A stretch of DNA of 63,469 bases, the filler included, from Saprolegnia diclina VS20 (lineage: Eukaryota): NCBI RefSeq assembly GCF_000281045.1. It is 5 parts of 2 records of this genome, joined end to end, with 100 filler letters (N's around TTAATTAATTAA, not from the genome) between each part and the next. Parts side by side here need not be neighbours in the genome. Positions count along the whole stretch, not along the records: positions 1 to 29,147 come from NW_008246075.1; 4 more parts are not named here. One strand, given 5' to 3'. How positions within the stretch are numbered: position 1 is the stretch's first letter; each line of letters opens with the position of its first letter. Shown piece after piece: positions 12,631 through 24,520 of the stretch. A program made the position numbers and the translations under genes. The notes beneath the pieces were generated by a model, which saw only the letters and a list, made by a program, of their open reading frames with translations, searched no databases and had not been told where the DNA came from.

Positions 12631-13574
12631 GATTCTCAAGACGTCGAAAAAATCAAAAAGTGAGCCAGTGGTGGCGGAGGCAGCCTGGCAAAATGACTTG
12701 CTTTCAGTATACCGACGTCGACAGCGGATAGGGCTTCCCGCGGCAGTTGAAGGATTCCTCTCTAAATTTATACAAACTACAAGAGGAATCGACGTTTTCG
12801 TGTTTTTGTTCCAATTTTGGCGATGCAAAGCGAAGTCCATGGCGATCATTGGGGCAGCGACCAGCGGGTTGTGGGCCCCTCTGGGCCCCATGTACGGCAC
12901 GGCTGCCTGCGCCGGTCTTCCGCGCACGTAACGGACCCTTTTGTTGTCAAAGCCATGCACAATTGCAGGGCGAGGGCGGCTTGGAGTAGAGTGCGTCACA
13001 TGACGCGTGGCAATGCCACAGCATCGGCGTCGTGGGCCGGCGGCGCACCGCATGGCGAGCTTGGGCCGGAGGCCGCAACGTGACTGGTGATAGCTACGCC
13101 ACGCGCCGAGGACCTGGTGGTGCATCACAGATCGCTGCGATGCCCCAACACGTCCAAGGCAACGCAGGGGCCCGCGACCGGCTATCCCGAGGATGTTCGC
13201 TGGCGTTCATCACGCAAACGCTTCCCTCGAACTCACGCCACAATGACGTGCAAGCACGAAGAAATATGTATGGGTCACGATGGGACGGTCCTCTGGCTAA
13301 GGTCGCTTTGTGTTGATCGAGTACGTGGCACAATACCGCCTAGGTGTGACCGCAAGGCCGCTGTGACTGGCAGCTGACCATAAACATGCTGCCGTGCTTG
13401 GAGGAGTCTTCAGGCAGCCCTCTGCGGTAGAGCGCTGCAGGGAATGCGTCGAGAGACCTAAGCTGTAGGATGTGGCGTGGTGCTGCGAGCGCGGCGTCGT
13501 CTCTTACAGCCCGTGACCGCAACGGTGTCGAGTTGCCGTTGACTGCATCCTCCTCGCCATAATCCCTCCATGAT

Positions 13575-14126
13575 TACCCAATCGTCAGTGCGACATCTAA
13601 TTGGGCGGGCCCAATAAAAACAGCGCAACGCTCTCCGATTGGTAGAATATTAGTGCCGTGGGATTGGTCAAAATGCCGTGTGCTTTTTCCAATCGACCAA
13701 TGAGCGTTGCTATCTCACGCTGATTTCAATTGGTAGAAATAACCATCCTTGTGGTCATGCGATTGGATATGGTTGGAATTTACGGATTGGTTCAAATGTT
13801 GGTAGTAGAAGCAAGTCCTCAGGCATCTCATTCGACGGCCTTCCGGCCCTTCTTCCTGCACACTACATGCTATGAAATCGAGCGCACGACATCACGTCGA
13901 CTGACGCACCTTCCTCTCCTGCAAGTTTGCTTGCAAGCAGTCGCCAAGATCATGACCACTTGTGATTGGCTAGAATGGATTCTTTTCATCGTCTCGGATT
14001 GGCTCAGCTATAATCCCGGTCGTTCATTGGTGCCAGCGGCCTGGACAACCACATGCCATGGGATTGGATAAAAAGATTGCCATTCGGCGATGCCATTGGC
14101 TGCAAAAGCTACCTCGATGCCATTGG
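13575..14126. promoter_or_regulatory. Dense CCAAT/ATTGG box cluster upstream of RPS13
   Basis: About 16 CCAAT/ATTGG pentamers in ~550 bp (counted by eye). Confidence 0.65.
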
Positions 14127-14216
14127 TGCAAATGTTCACTGGCTGTGCCCCGGCGCCGGCCAGCATCATTGCGGGAGCCGAATTACTTTTCGTTCGTCAA
14201 ACACAAGTACATCACC

Positions 14217-14844
14217 ATGGGTCGCATGCATTCCGCCGGCAAGGGCATGAGCAAGTCCGCTCGCCCCTACAAGCGCACGCCGCCGTCGTGGCTCAAGGTC
14301 ACGGCCGAGGACGTCGAGGACCACGTGTGCAAGTTCGCCAAGAAGGGTCTCTCGCCGTCGCAGATCGGCGTGATCCTCCGTGACTCGCACGGCATTGCCC
14401 AGGTCAAGTCGATCACGGGCTCGAAGGTGCTCCGCATCCTCAAGAAGAACGGTAAGCTATCGAGATGTCGCCTTGACGATGATCTGATCGGCGTCGACCC
14501 ATTCTCCCTCTTGTGCCATGTCGTCCCTCTCTCCATTGTCGTCGTGCCACGGTGTTGCCTGCCACACAACATGTTGATTGTGTGAATGGAACATGCGGGG
14601 TTGGTGTCGTTTGCATTCCTTAGGTCTTGCCCCTGGCCTCCCGGAGGACTTGTACCAGCTCATCAAGAAGGCTGTCGCTGTCCGCAAGCACCTTGAGCGC
14701 AACCGCCAGGACAAGGACTCCAAGTTCCGCCTCATTTTGATCGAGTCGCGCATCCACCGCCTCGCTCGCTACTACCGCACGAACCGCAAGCTTTCGCCCA
14801 ACTGGAAGTACGAATCCGCCACGGCCTCGACGCTCGTCGCCTAA
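14217..14844 (+). CDS. RPS13: 40S ribosomal protein S13 (uS15), intron 14452-14623
   Basis: [20 protein letters not shown]...[21 protein letters not shown]...[13 protein letters not shown]. Confidence 0.97.
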
Positions 14845-15335
14845 GCGCTTTCGCTCTCTCTACCTCCCGGTGATATTGCGAACGAGCTAATGTCGGTCTA
14901 ATACAACTGATGTTACCCCATATCTCTCGAGTTGCTTTGCAGCATGTCTACAGTCGTTGCGCATGCGCTACGTGCGGCGCGGCTGTGCCATGCATGGGAC
15001 GGCATCGGCTGTGTGACATGGCAGCTTTGCAAAGTTTTCCCGACCACAGCGAGATGTCGCGGGCCTGCGCAGTTGCATGGCAGAGCCTGCTCGGAAGCAT
15101 CGATCGATCGCGCTGCTCCGTGGCTGTCGCAGCGCAGGCTCGGCCAGCGGCCAGCTGCCATATACATAGCATGGACTCGGCGAGCAGCAAGGTTCAAGCT
15201 CGCAACTCCACACAATCCTATGTGGGCGGAAATATAGTCCTATTTAAATAAGTGACGATGCTGTACCTGATCATTGTATGTATAATTCAACATTGACATT
15301 AAATTGGCTGGCAGGACCAATCTTTCCGGACGAGC

Positions 15336-16180
15336 ATGGCCAAGGCAGCGCTCCTCCGCAGCGCGCTCTGCTTGACGACGGGTGCTTTGTGAGCGCCATG
15401 CGACCTCGCGCTCATGGCGACTGCATGCGTAGCCAAGCCGCGGCCGAGCCCGACGCTCTTCATGTTCCCGGGCCTCAAGGCGCAGCCCTTCCATGAGGCC
15501 AAGGACTTTGCGTGGACGCAGTCGTTCACAGACAACCTCGACACGATCCGCGAAGAGTACGTCGCACTGCGCCATGCGCAAAAGGAGAGCGACTACGTCC
15601 TCGCAGGCCAAGAGCATGCGCTCCACCAAGGCCAGTGGGACTGGTTCAGCTACGTGACCAAGGGCAAGAAAGTCGACCTCTTTGAGCAACACTGCCCGAC
15701 GACGACGCACCTGCTGAACGCCATTCCGGGCTTCATGACCGGTCTGCCGTTCGCGTACGCGTTCTTCTCGACGCTGCAGCCGCAGAGCGCGATCAAGGCG
15801 CACTCGGCGCCCTGCAACATCCGGCTTCGCTGCCACTTTCCGCTCTTCGTCCCGCCCAACTGCGGCATCCGCGTCGCGGACGAGACCAAGGAGTGGAAGG
15901 AAGGCGAGTGCATGGTCTTTGACGGTAGACATATGTGCAAGTGGACGGCGCAGCCATCTCACATTTTTTCCATTAGATGCGTACGACCACGAGGTGTGGC
16001 ACGACGGCCAAAAGGGCGAGCGCGTCGTCTTGCTCTTTGACCTGTGGCACCCCGACTTGGTGCCGGGCGAGAAGGACGCACTCATCAACGTACGCTGCAC
16101 CTTGCATGCCTCCTGCGACTCGACCGTCATGCTACTAGATGTTTGCCGAGGCGAGCGACAAGGGCTGGCTGACCAAGTAA
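15336..16180 (+). CDS. Aspartyl/asparaginyl beta-hydroxylase-family 2OG-Fe(II) dioxygenase, 3 introns
   Basis: CPTT, FFSTLQPQSAIKAHSAPCNIRLRCHFPL, and spliced FDDAYDHEVWH...RVVLLFDLWHPDL. Short GT-AG introns restore the frame. Confidence 0.88.
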
Positions 16181-16242
16181 GAAGCTCTGTGACGACGAAG
16201 CGCACGAGGCGTGGCATAAGATTAGCATTAAATGAGCACTAA

Positions 16243-16635
16243 CTAACTCTGCGATTTGGACGAAAGCAACGCGAGGAGGCTTTGGCGCCCGCCCGAGCTC
16301 GTTTTCCGCCGGCGGCTGCTGAAGGACCCGCGGCCCGGCGACGTGGCATGGATCCCGACCTCGGCCAGGAACGCGTCGAGGTCGTGGTCCGCATCAAACT
16401 GGACGCGGAAGCTGCTGCTGTTCGTCATGACGTCGTCCGCCGTCTCCACGCGGAGCTTGACGAGGCGGTCGTGGGTCCATGCGGCGGCAACAATGTCGGA
16501 AAGGGCAAACGTGCGCTGGGAGTTGAGCCATGTCATCGTGCCATCGTCGACGTCGACGTCGATGGCCACATATTCGGTGCGGAGCCCGACCTTTTCGAGG
16601 AGAGACTCTTTCCGCTTGGCGTAGTGCACACCCAT
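16243..16635 (-). CDS. Small unknown protein (130 aa), triplet member A
   Basis: MGVHYAKRKESLLEKVGLR...; aligns end to end with members B and C; host-like codon bias. Confidence 0.8.
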   Translation of the reverse strand: MGVHYAKRKESLLEKVGLRTEYVAIDVDVDDGTMTWLNSQRTFALSDIVAAAWTHDRLVKLRVETADDVMTNSSSFRVQFDADHDLDAFLAEVGIHATSPGRGSFSSRRRKTSSGGRQSLLALLSSKSQS

Positions 16636-17420
16636 CTTGTGTAGTTGTGGTCGTTGGCACGCCATGCACAAGCAAGTAGCCAACCCAGGAGCTGTCTCTG
16701 CATGGCTGGTCCCAAACCGAGAAGCCGCGAAGAAGAAGAACAGGCGCGAGAAGCGACATGCACTTGCAGCATCAAGTGCTTTGCCACTTGGAGCTGCTCC
16801 TCCTCCATCAACTTGGATGATTCGCTCGAATTATTCATGTTTCTGGATTCGAGTCCCAAGAACTAGAGCTGTTTCGAGAAGTGTAGCAGTACTAGTATCA
16901 TCATCCTTCCCACCACCACCACCACTAAGTTGCAGCGCAGGTCGCGCTGTACTACAAGGGCATCGCTGTTGATGGAGGCACGGTCGGTCGTCCAACGCTC
17001 GAATGGTAATCGCGGCGAGCCGGGCGCGTTGCCGACTGCGTGATGATGACTCGAACCCTTGCCCGATGATGCGGTTTCTGAGCACGCCTCGTCGCCCGTT
17101 TGCAGGCCACCGTGGGACCATCGGTGGTCGTCCTGGTAATCACGCGGCGTTGGTCGTCGGCGGCTGTTGCAGCGACCTGCTGTCAAGCGTCGTGGTCGTC
17201 GTATGCGCATTCGCATTCGCATTCGCATTGGGTGCGAGTATTTGTTAGGGTCTCGGTATACAGGGTAGAGGCTCGCTTCGCCATTGCTATGGCGCTGGTG
17301 TCGACGCAAGACGATACTGGTGATGTTGATAGAGGATTTGATATTGCACTTGTGGCATTTGCTAATAAATAATAATTCTAGAGTACAGCGGGATCGCTAC
17401 CATGGCGATGAGGGCACCGA

Positions 17421-17792
17421 TTAGATGCTGCGGCGCGACGACTTGGAGCCGGACGACGACGAGAGCGACGAGGCGCAGAACGAGCCGCGGCGGACTTCGC
17501 CGTCGTGCTTGGTGGGCTGGAAGCCGAGTTCGACAAGGAAGAAGTAGAGGTCGGCTTGGCACTCGAAGACGAGGCGCTGCTTGAGGAGCTCGCCGTCCTT
17601 CTGGATGCGCAGCTTGAGGTTCATGTTGTTGGTCCACTTGGCCTCGAGGATGTCGTCGATCGCGTACGTTGTGTTGGTGTTCATGCACGTAAACGCGCCC
17701 TTGCTCGAGTCGACGTCCATCGCGAGCGTCTTGCCGCGGAACCCGAGCTTCTCCATGACCGTATCGCACTGCTTGGCGTAGTAGACCACCAT
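17421..17792 (-). CDS. Small unknown protein (123 aa), triplet member B
   Basis: MVVYYAKQCDTVMEKLGFR...FECQADLYFFLVELG...VRRGSF. Confidence 0.85.
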   Translation of the reverse strand: MVVYYAKQCDTVMEKLGFRGKTLAMDVDSSKGAFTCMNTNTTYAIDDILEAKWTNNMNLKLRIQKDGELLKQRLVFECQADLYFFLVELGFQPTKHDGEVRRGSFCASSLSSSSGSKSSRRSI

Positions 17793-19048
17793 TTGGATGT
17801 TGATGGCGAGTGTGGTGGACGAGCAAAAATGCAAACTGGACCTGGACCGAATGGTGTATTTTTTAAAATTCACTGCGTGAATAAAATTCGATCGCGCCGC
17901 CTGTCTACGGAAGCAGCATACAAAAAGCAAGAGAAACGACACGCCAGCTGGTGGCTACTATGCTGAACTCGAGACGGTCGCCACACTCCCACCCTTGCGC
18001 GAGTTGGGTTGGGCGGCTGCACGGCCTCACTCGCTCGTGCTTGGGCGATAGCAGCTGATGGCATTCTTCTGAATTATATCGCTCAGCTCCACGAGGCTGT
18101 GGAATAGATTTGGCAGGAGAGTGGGCGACGTCGTCTGGTCCAAGGAAGAGACAGCGTGTTGACCCAACACGAGCATCAGAGTTGGCGTTGACATCGTCGT
18201 CGAGAACGGTGAGTAGGCGCTTGCTGTGTAATGGCGTAGTAGTCGGTACCAACCCTACATGTCCTCCGGCCTCGGTGGTCCAGCAGTGTACTGTAGCGGC
18301 TTCCCGCAGTGCAACTCCAACTACAGTGTAGTACCGGTACGAAGCTTCACGTCAACGTGACGACCAAGCACCAACGCAGCGCAGTGTCCAGCGATGCCGT
18401 CACCACGAACCGTTCTGGGCGCCTTCTTGAAGCAGTCGCCAAGTATTACACAGTACAAACCATCGCGACGTGTCTAGTTCCGGGACTTGCACGTAGCAAG
18501 TCGCGAGCCTAGCGCGTACGACGAACGAACGGGCGCGATCTTGACGGATCGCTTACTGTAAACAAAGCTGTAAACGGAAGGTCTGCCGATGAATCTCAGG
18601 CGAGGTGGTCGCACCGGACAAGTGCGACTGTGCGACGACGGCAACGCAGAAGCCACGGCAACGCTGGGCAATCCAATGTGCGTGTCTTTGACGCAGTACC
18701 TCTCATTGGGAAAGGAAGAAGTAGCCGATGATGAGATGCAGTCGGTAGAGGCCGCCAGTATTTGTCAGTGGGCCCAAAAAAGAGCGGCAGAAAGAAATGC
18801 AACGGCGTTGTTCGCGCCTGGATGGCCACCTGTGCCGCTGGGTACATACACAGTGGCTTGCCGATATTAATACAATGGAATCATACTTGTCTGGTGCGCA
18901 CCCACGAGGGACCCAAGTTGAAGCACATGGAGAGAAGTTAATTTAGATGTGGGATGCGGCTTTCTACAGATGGTCCAGGACACGACTCTCGTGGCAGAGA
19001 CGAAGACGGCTGCTGCTTAAATAGTTGGCGAACGAGACGGAATGCGCT

Positions 19049-19417
19049 TCAGCGGCGGAGGCTGCTCTTGCGCTTGGGGCTTTGGAGAATCGGGTTTGTG
19101 AACGAGCCGCGCCGCACCTTGCCGCCATTTTGAAGCGGCTCCATACCGAGCTCCATGAGAAAGTAAAACATATCGGCTTGGCAGTCAAAGAGAAGGTGCT
19201 TCTTGAGAACCGCCCCGTCGTCGTCGAGGAGCCGAAGGCGCAGGCCGCAGCGCTGGTTCCACACCGCGTCGACGATTTGGTCTGTGTTGTACTCGTCGCC
19301 CGAGTTGACCCAAATGAGCACACGCGCGTCCGAGAGGACCTCGAGCGCCACGTACACGCGCCGGAACCCGAGCTTCTCGAGCACCGTCTTGCACCGCTTG
19401 GCGTAGTAGAGTACCAT
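19049..19417 (-). CDS. Small unknown protein (122 aa), triplet member C
   Basis: MVLYYAKRCKTVLEKLGFR...FDCQADMFYFLMELG...VRRGSF. Initiator-like GCACTTTGCCATTC just upstream. Confidence 0.85.
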   Translation of the reverse strand: MVLYYAKRCKTVLEKLGFRRVYVALEVLSDARVLIWVNSGDEYNTDQIVDAVWNQRCGLRLRLLDDDGAVLKKHLLFDCQADMFYFLMELGMEPLQNGGKVRRGSFTNPILQSPKRKSSLRR

Positions 19418-20066
19418 GTTGCTCGCTGGCTTGTGAATGGCAAAGTGCCGCTACACGCCCATCGTGTCCTTAGAGAGACAGCGCGCTCCGAACGCGAACG
19501 CGAAAGAAGAGAAGAGCAAGCCGCGGTGCAGGCCTTTACGCTGCAGCAGGTGTCCACGTCCTCTTTGTATCCAATACAAACGCCCAGTTGTGGCTGGATT
19601 TCTAAAGCTACTCGAGAGTTGGCCTATGACTCGAACTCTGCACGCGGCGGAGGATGGAATGATGCGATGCAACACTGCGCCGATCTGCCCGCTGAGCTTG
19701 CCCGCTGCTGCGATCAAGGCGATGGCAACGTACTGCACGCTTGGCTCTTGGCTTGTCGCGCCGAGTCGCTCGCTCGTGCCGACCTCTGGCGCGATCGCTA
19801 ATACTAGTGCACCAGTGTAGTCCTTTGCACCGTCCACGAACGCTTCCACACCAGTGTACGTAGTCGGCAACAACCGCGTGTTCCGCACGACATTGACGCC
19901 CCTTCCCGCTGCTGCGCTCACGATCAAAGCCGCTACGATCACGCGATTGCATATCCGGCACTTGGCTCGCCGCGCCGTGGTACCTTTGCTTGCCGAGTCG
20001 CTCCATGCCCTACGCCCCGTGGTGTGCTCGCTACCTCATTTCCCACTCAATCCCGAGCCGACCACG

Positions 20067-20165
20067 CGCCCTCAGCTTGACGTACCGGCCAAACCTCACG
20101 AGCGCACTAGGAAGTCCACCATCTTCACTATATAATTGCATGTTGATAACTCATTTCAACAACAG
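20067..20165. repeat. ~95 bp dispersed repeat, copy 2
   Basis: Near-identical to 336-432. Confidence 0.9.
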
Positions 20166-20208
20166 CGTAGTGTAGTCGGCAGCGGATCAAGATATAAGTT
20201 AGCATCGC

Positions 20209-21396
20209 TTAAAAAGCAAAGACGTGGGTCTCGGCGTGCGCGAGGTAGGTGACAATGTCGTCGGCCGACGGTCGCTGGCTCGGCTCAAACGAGAGGCAGC
20301 GCTTCGCGAGCGCCTCGATGGCCGCGGGACACGACGGGGAGAACGACGGCGTCGCGTGCTCCATCGTCACGAGCTTGAGCACCGTGGTCGGGTCGACCTT
20401 GCGCCCATTCGCAAACACCTAGACGACGTCATGAGCATATTGCTACGACTATGCCCGTAGGTACCGGGTGGTCGACAAACGGAATGTTGCCCGTGTCGAG
20501 CTCCGAGAGGACAATGCCAAACGAGTAGACGTCGGCCTTGTCGTCGTAGCGCCGGCCGAGAAACACTTCGGGGGCGGCCCAGAGCGCGGTCCCGACGCCG
20601 GCGGTCATCGTCTCCTCAAATGCACGCGTCCTGCACATCGCATGAGACTAGGTATTGAGAAATAGAATGTACAATACCGAGAGACGCCAAAGTCGGTGAT
20701 CTTGGCTTGGAAGCGATCGTCGAGGAGGATGTTGCGGCTCTTGAGGTCGCGGTGGATGACCTTTGGCGTCCGCGCGTGGAGGTACACGAGCCCTCTTGCG
20801 ACGCCGAGTGCGATCTGGAGGCGCTCGATGGGCCAGGACCACGCGTCGTGGAGGCGGTTGAGGCAGCTGAAGAGGTCGCCATGCTTCAAGTACTCGGTCG
20901 CAAAGCACAAATTGTACTCGGGGCTCCACGAAAACCCGACCAGCGTCAAAATATTCGGGTGCGTCAGCGGCGCCATGAGCCCAATCTCGGCGAGGAAGCA
21001 CTTGATCTCGACCGGGTCGTGGCGCCGTTCGGGTAGGATTTGCTTGATCGCGACCGACGTGCCATCGAGCTGGCCGAGCCAGACCTCGCCGAACGCACCG
21101 CTCGCGAGCTTGCGCGTGTAGAGCAGCCGCTCAAACTCAATCTTGAACGGCAATATCGCCGGGTCCAGCGGCGGAAAGGCGGTCAGCGTGTTGAGCGCCG
21201 ACGAGTCTTCAATCGCGTACCGATCGCCCTCGTTGAAGCTCGCGTCCGTGGTCTTGGCGCGGCGGCGGCGGCAGAGGAGGTAGCCGAGTAGGATGAGCAG
21301 GATGACGCCCGTGGCCACGAGGAGGATGATGCGCGTGCGCGCCGCGTGGTCGTCGCTGTCGGACGCGCTGCTCGATGCAAGGGCCCGCAGTGACAT
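20209..21396 (-). CDS. Single-pass membrane TKL-family protein kinase, 2 introns (~20632-20677, ~20420-20463)
   Basis: TM segment [19 protein letters not shown] followed by CRRRR; motifs [22 protein letters not shown] and GTALWAAPE. Confidence 0.9.
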
Positions 21397-21612
21397 TGCA
21401 AGTGGTGGTGGTGGGCGCGAAGCGGATGGCGACTGCGGCGACACCGTCGCACGACGAGATGGGAAGCTGCTGTTCCGCTTGACCGAGTTGCGTCGCCGCC
21501 ACTTGGCTGACCACTTGGTGCGAGTTCCCGAAAAGCAGCTGGTCGGTTCCGATTCGATTCGGTTGCCCGCAGCGATACCGGTACCGACGACGACGACAAC
21601 GACGACGAGAGG

Positions 21613-21993
21613 ATGCTGCAGACGGCGTGGACCGCGGTCGGCGTCGGCGGCGTCGCCCTCCTCCTGTACCTCTCGTTCACACCCCGCCCCGTGACGCTGC
21701 CTGTCGCAGGTGGCGACAAGGTCGGTCACGGCCTCGCGTACTGTCTCCTGACACTGTGGTGGGCGCAGTGTGTACACGGAACGGCCGTGCCAGCGCTCGT
21801 TCTATCGTTTGCGCTGCTCGGCGTCGCGATCGAGTACGTGCAAGGCGCGTCTGGCTGGCGCACCTTTGACGTCGACGACATGCTTGCCAACGGGCTCGGC
21901 GCACTGTTGGGCGGCGGCCTCGCCCTCGCCACGCCCAACGCCTTGGACGCGCTCGAGCGCATCCTACGGAAGCGAGACCGACGTCCAGAGTAG
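21613..21993 (+). CDS. VanZ-like family membrane protein (126 aa, intronless)
   Basis: DKVGHGLAY, GVAIEYVQ and RTFDVDDMLANGLG match the VanZ-like pattern (DKxxHxxxY...ExxQ...R..D..DxxAN). Four hydrophobic segments. Confidence 0.85.
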   Translation: MLQTAWTAVGVGGVALLLYLSFTPRPVTLPVAGGDKVGHGLAYCLLTLWWAQCVHGTAVPALVLSFALLGVAIEYVQGASGWRTFDVDDMLANGLGALLGGGLALATPNALDALERILRKRDRRPE

Positions 21994-23257
21994 GCGTCGC
22001 TGTAATCCAGCATGCGAATGACTTAGCCTGTCGAACCGACCTTGATGCAAGAAGCATCCGCGTACCCAATGTACTCAGTACGAGTTGACAGCACGCAACG
22101 AACGCGACAGTCGGACCAGATCGCCGTGTCAACTCATACAAGTGCTTTATGGTGATGCGAAGCTTGACGCGGAGGAGGAGCGACTCTTTGGGTGGCCATT
22201 ACATGAACGCGGTCACGGCGTCTTCGTGTCCGCTGATCAGCCATCCCAAGCCGCCGTTGGTAACCTGCCTACCGCAGTCGTCGTAGCATGTAACAGTCGG
22301 TGTCACGTACAGCACACTGCGATGCAACGCAGTCGTGCACGCCCAGCGCCTCAGCGCCTCAACGCCGGCGTCTGGTCCCATGGCTCCGCCACGACCTTCG
22401 ACTGGATCGCGATCTTCGCGACGTCGGATGCTTGCCCGCTGCTGGCTTTTCGCCGAGTGTTATAACAATGTTAGATTGGACAGGCGCAACGTTCAATGCG
22501 ACACAGAGAGGGATGAAAACACCCAACCCTACTCGCGCGTTGACGTCGACGGCAGGAGCCGGATCCGCTTGCACATGTCGTCCACCAACTCCCATGACGT
22601 CCACCATCTCTCATGACCATTGAGAGTACCGTGCTGCTGAACACAGTACCATCCTCCCATGGCCATTCGATACAATTCTGGCGCGAGCTCTGCTGGACCA
22701 GTGGCGTCAGCGCTGCCGCCAGCGTTCTTCTTTGGATTCGATAAATGGATGCGAGCCATCGAGGCTACTGCACCTGTGGGCAACGAACCCGGGCCCATGA
22801 GCTGGCGAGGACGACGCGGACCGTGAGGCCATTATTGCCCAACCCGTTCGACTGCTCGACGCCAAGGGTGCATGCTTATGGAGCTTACGGGCGCTGGTCG
22901 CCAGCACCGGTAAACACCTAATCTTGACGATGGGTCTGCTGTCTACATGCAGAGCAGTCGCCAGCACGCGCTGCCACCGCACCCAAGAAGAGAACGAATG
23001 CCAGGCGACGATCGCACGGCAAGCCTTCCTGGCGTGACCATGGCACAGCAACCTTACGACGACGACAATTCGACTGTACTACGGCGGCTGCAGGCAGCGC
23101 ACCCATCGACGACGTATCCACGTGGCAGTCTGTGTCAACTGGATTGTGTTGAGGCGAGTGTTTTTAGCCCACTTCAGTAACCGGATGCCATTGTATCCGG
23201 ATCCCCCCGTTTGAGGTGACGGCTGGGATACAATTCGATTTCTTTTTCTCGGCGAGC

Positions 23258-24520
23258 ATGTTTGGCGGCGGCTTCGAGAGCTTCTTTGGCGGCGGCGGCG
23301 GCTTCGAGGGCGGCCATGGCCATGGCATGCCCCGCGGCAACGTCGACAACTCCAAGTACTACGAGACGCTCGGCGTGGCCAAGGACGCGACCGCGGCCGA
23401 GATCAAGAAGGCCTTCCGCAAGCTCGCGCTCAAGAACCACCCGGACAAGGGCGGCGACCCGGAGCTCTTCAAGGACATCACGGTGGCGTACGAGACGCTC
23501 TCGGACCCAGAGAAGCGCGAGGTCTACGACAAGTTTGGCGAAGAAGGCCTCCAGCAGGGCGGTGGCGGCGGCGGCGGCGCCGACATTTTCAGCCAGATGT
23601 TTGGCGGTGGTGGCATGCGCCAGCCGCGTGGCCCGCCGCGCGGCGAGGACCTCACGCACCCGCTCAAGGTGTCGCTCGAGGACTTGTACAACGGCAAGAC
23701 GGTCAAGCTCGCCGTGAACCGCGACGTTGTCTGTGCTGGCTGCAGCGGCAAGGGCGGGCCAGACGGCGCGGAAAAGATGTGCAGCACGTGCAACGGCCGT
23801 GGCATGCGCATCCAGCACCGCCAGATCGCGCCCGGCATGGTCCAGCAGGTCCAGTCAGTGTGCCCCGACTGCCGCGGCCAGGGCAAGACGATCCGCGAGA
23901 CGGACCGTTGCAAGGCGTGCAAGGGCAACAAGGTCTCGAAGGAGCGCAAGGTCCTTGAGGTCCACATCGAGAAGGGCATGCGTAACGGCCAGCGCATCAC
24001 GTTCAAGGGCGAAGCCGACCAGGCGCCTGGCACGATCGCTGGCGATATCGTCTTTGTCGTCCAGGAGAAGGAGCACGCGACCTTCCAGCGCAAGGGCGCC
24101 AACCTTATCATGGAGAAGAAGATCACGCTTGTCGAGGCGCTCTGTGGTTTCGAGACGATCGTCGAGCACCTCGATGGCCGCCATTTGCACGTCAAGACCA
24201 AGCCTGGCGAGGTGATCAAGCCGAACCAGTTCAAGGCAGTGCAGGGCGAGGGCATGCCGCAGCACGGCAACCCGTTCGTGAAGGGCCAGCTTGTGATTCT
24301 CTTCAAGATCGAGTTCCCAACGTCGGTGTCGGCGGACCAAGTGCGCGCGCTCCAGAGCGTCTTCCCGTCGGCGTCGCCCGTTCAGCGCTTCAGCGATGCG
24401 GAGGAGGCCTTCTTGAACGAATTTGACGCCGAGGCCGCGCAGCAGGACGCGCAGCGCGAAGCGTACGACTCGGACGACGAGCGGGGGCAGCCCCGTGGCG
24501 TCCAGTGCCAGCAGCAATAA
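23258..24520 (+). CDS. Type I DnaJ/Hsp40 (Ydj1/DNAJA-like), copy 1
   Basis: J-domain HPD, G/F region, four CxxCxGxG zinc-finger repeats, C-terminal CaaX (CQQQ). Confidence 0.96.
   Translation: MFGGGFESFFGGGGGFEGGHGHGMPRGNVDNSKYYETLGVAKDATAAEIKKAFRKLALKNHPDKGGDPELFKDITVAYETLSDPEKREVYDKFGEEGLQQGGGGGGGADIFSQMFGGGGMRQPRGPPRGEDLTHPLKVSLEDLYNGKTVKLAVNRDVVCAGCSGKGGPDGAEKMCSTCNGRGMRIQHRQIAPGMVQQVQSVCPDCRGQGKTIRETDRCKACKGNKVSKERKVLEVHIEKGMRNGQRITFKGEADQAPGTIAGDIVFVVQEKEHATFQRKGANLIMEKKITLVEALCGFETIVEHLDGRHLHVKTKPGEVIKPNQFKAVQGEGMPQHGNPFVKGQLVILFKIEFPTSVSADQVRALQSVFPSASPVQRFSDAEEAFLNEFDAEAAQQDAQREAYDSDDERGQPRGVQCQQQ

Noticed and set aside
17205..17230. (GCATTC)4 microsatellite
   Set aside because: Ordinary simple repeat in intergenic DNA.
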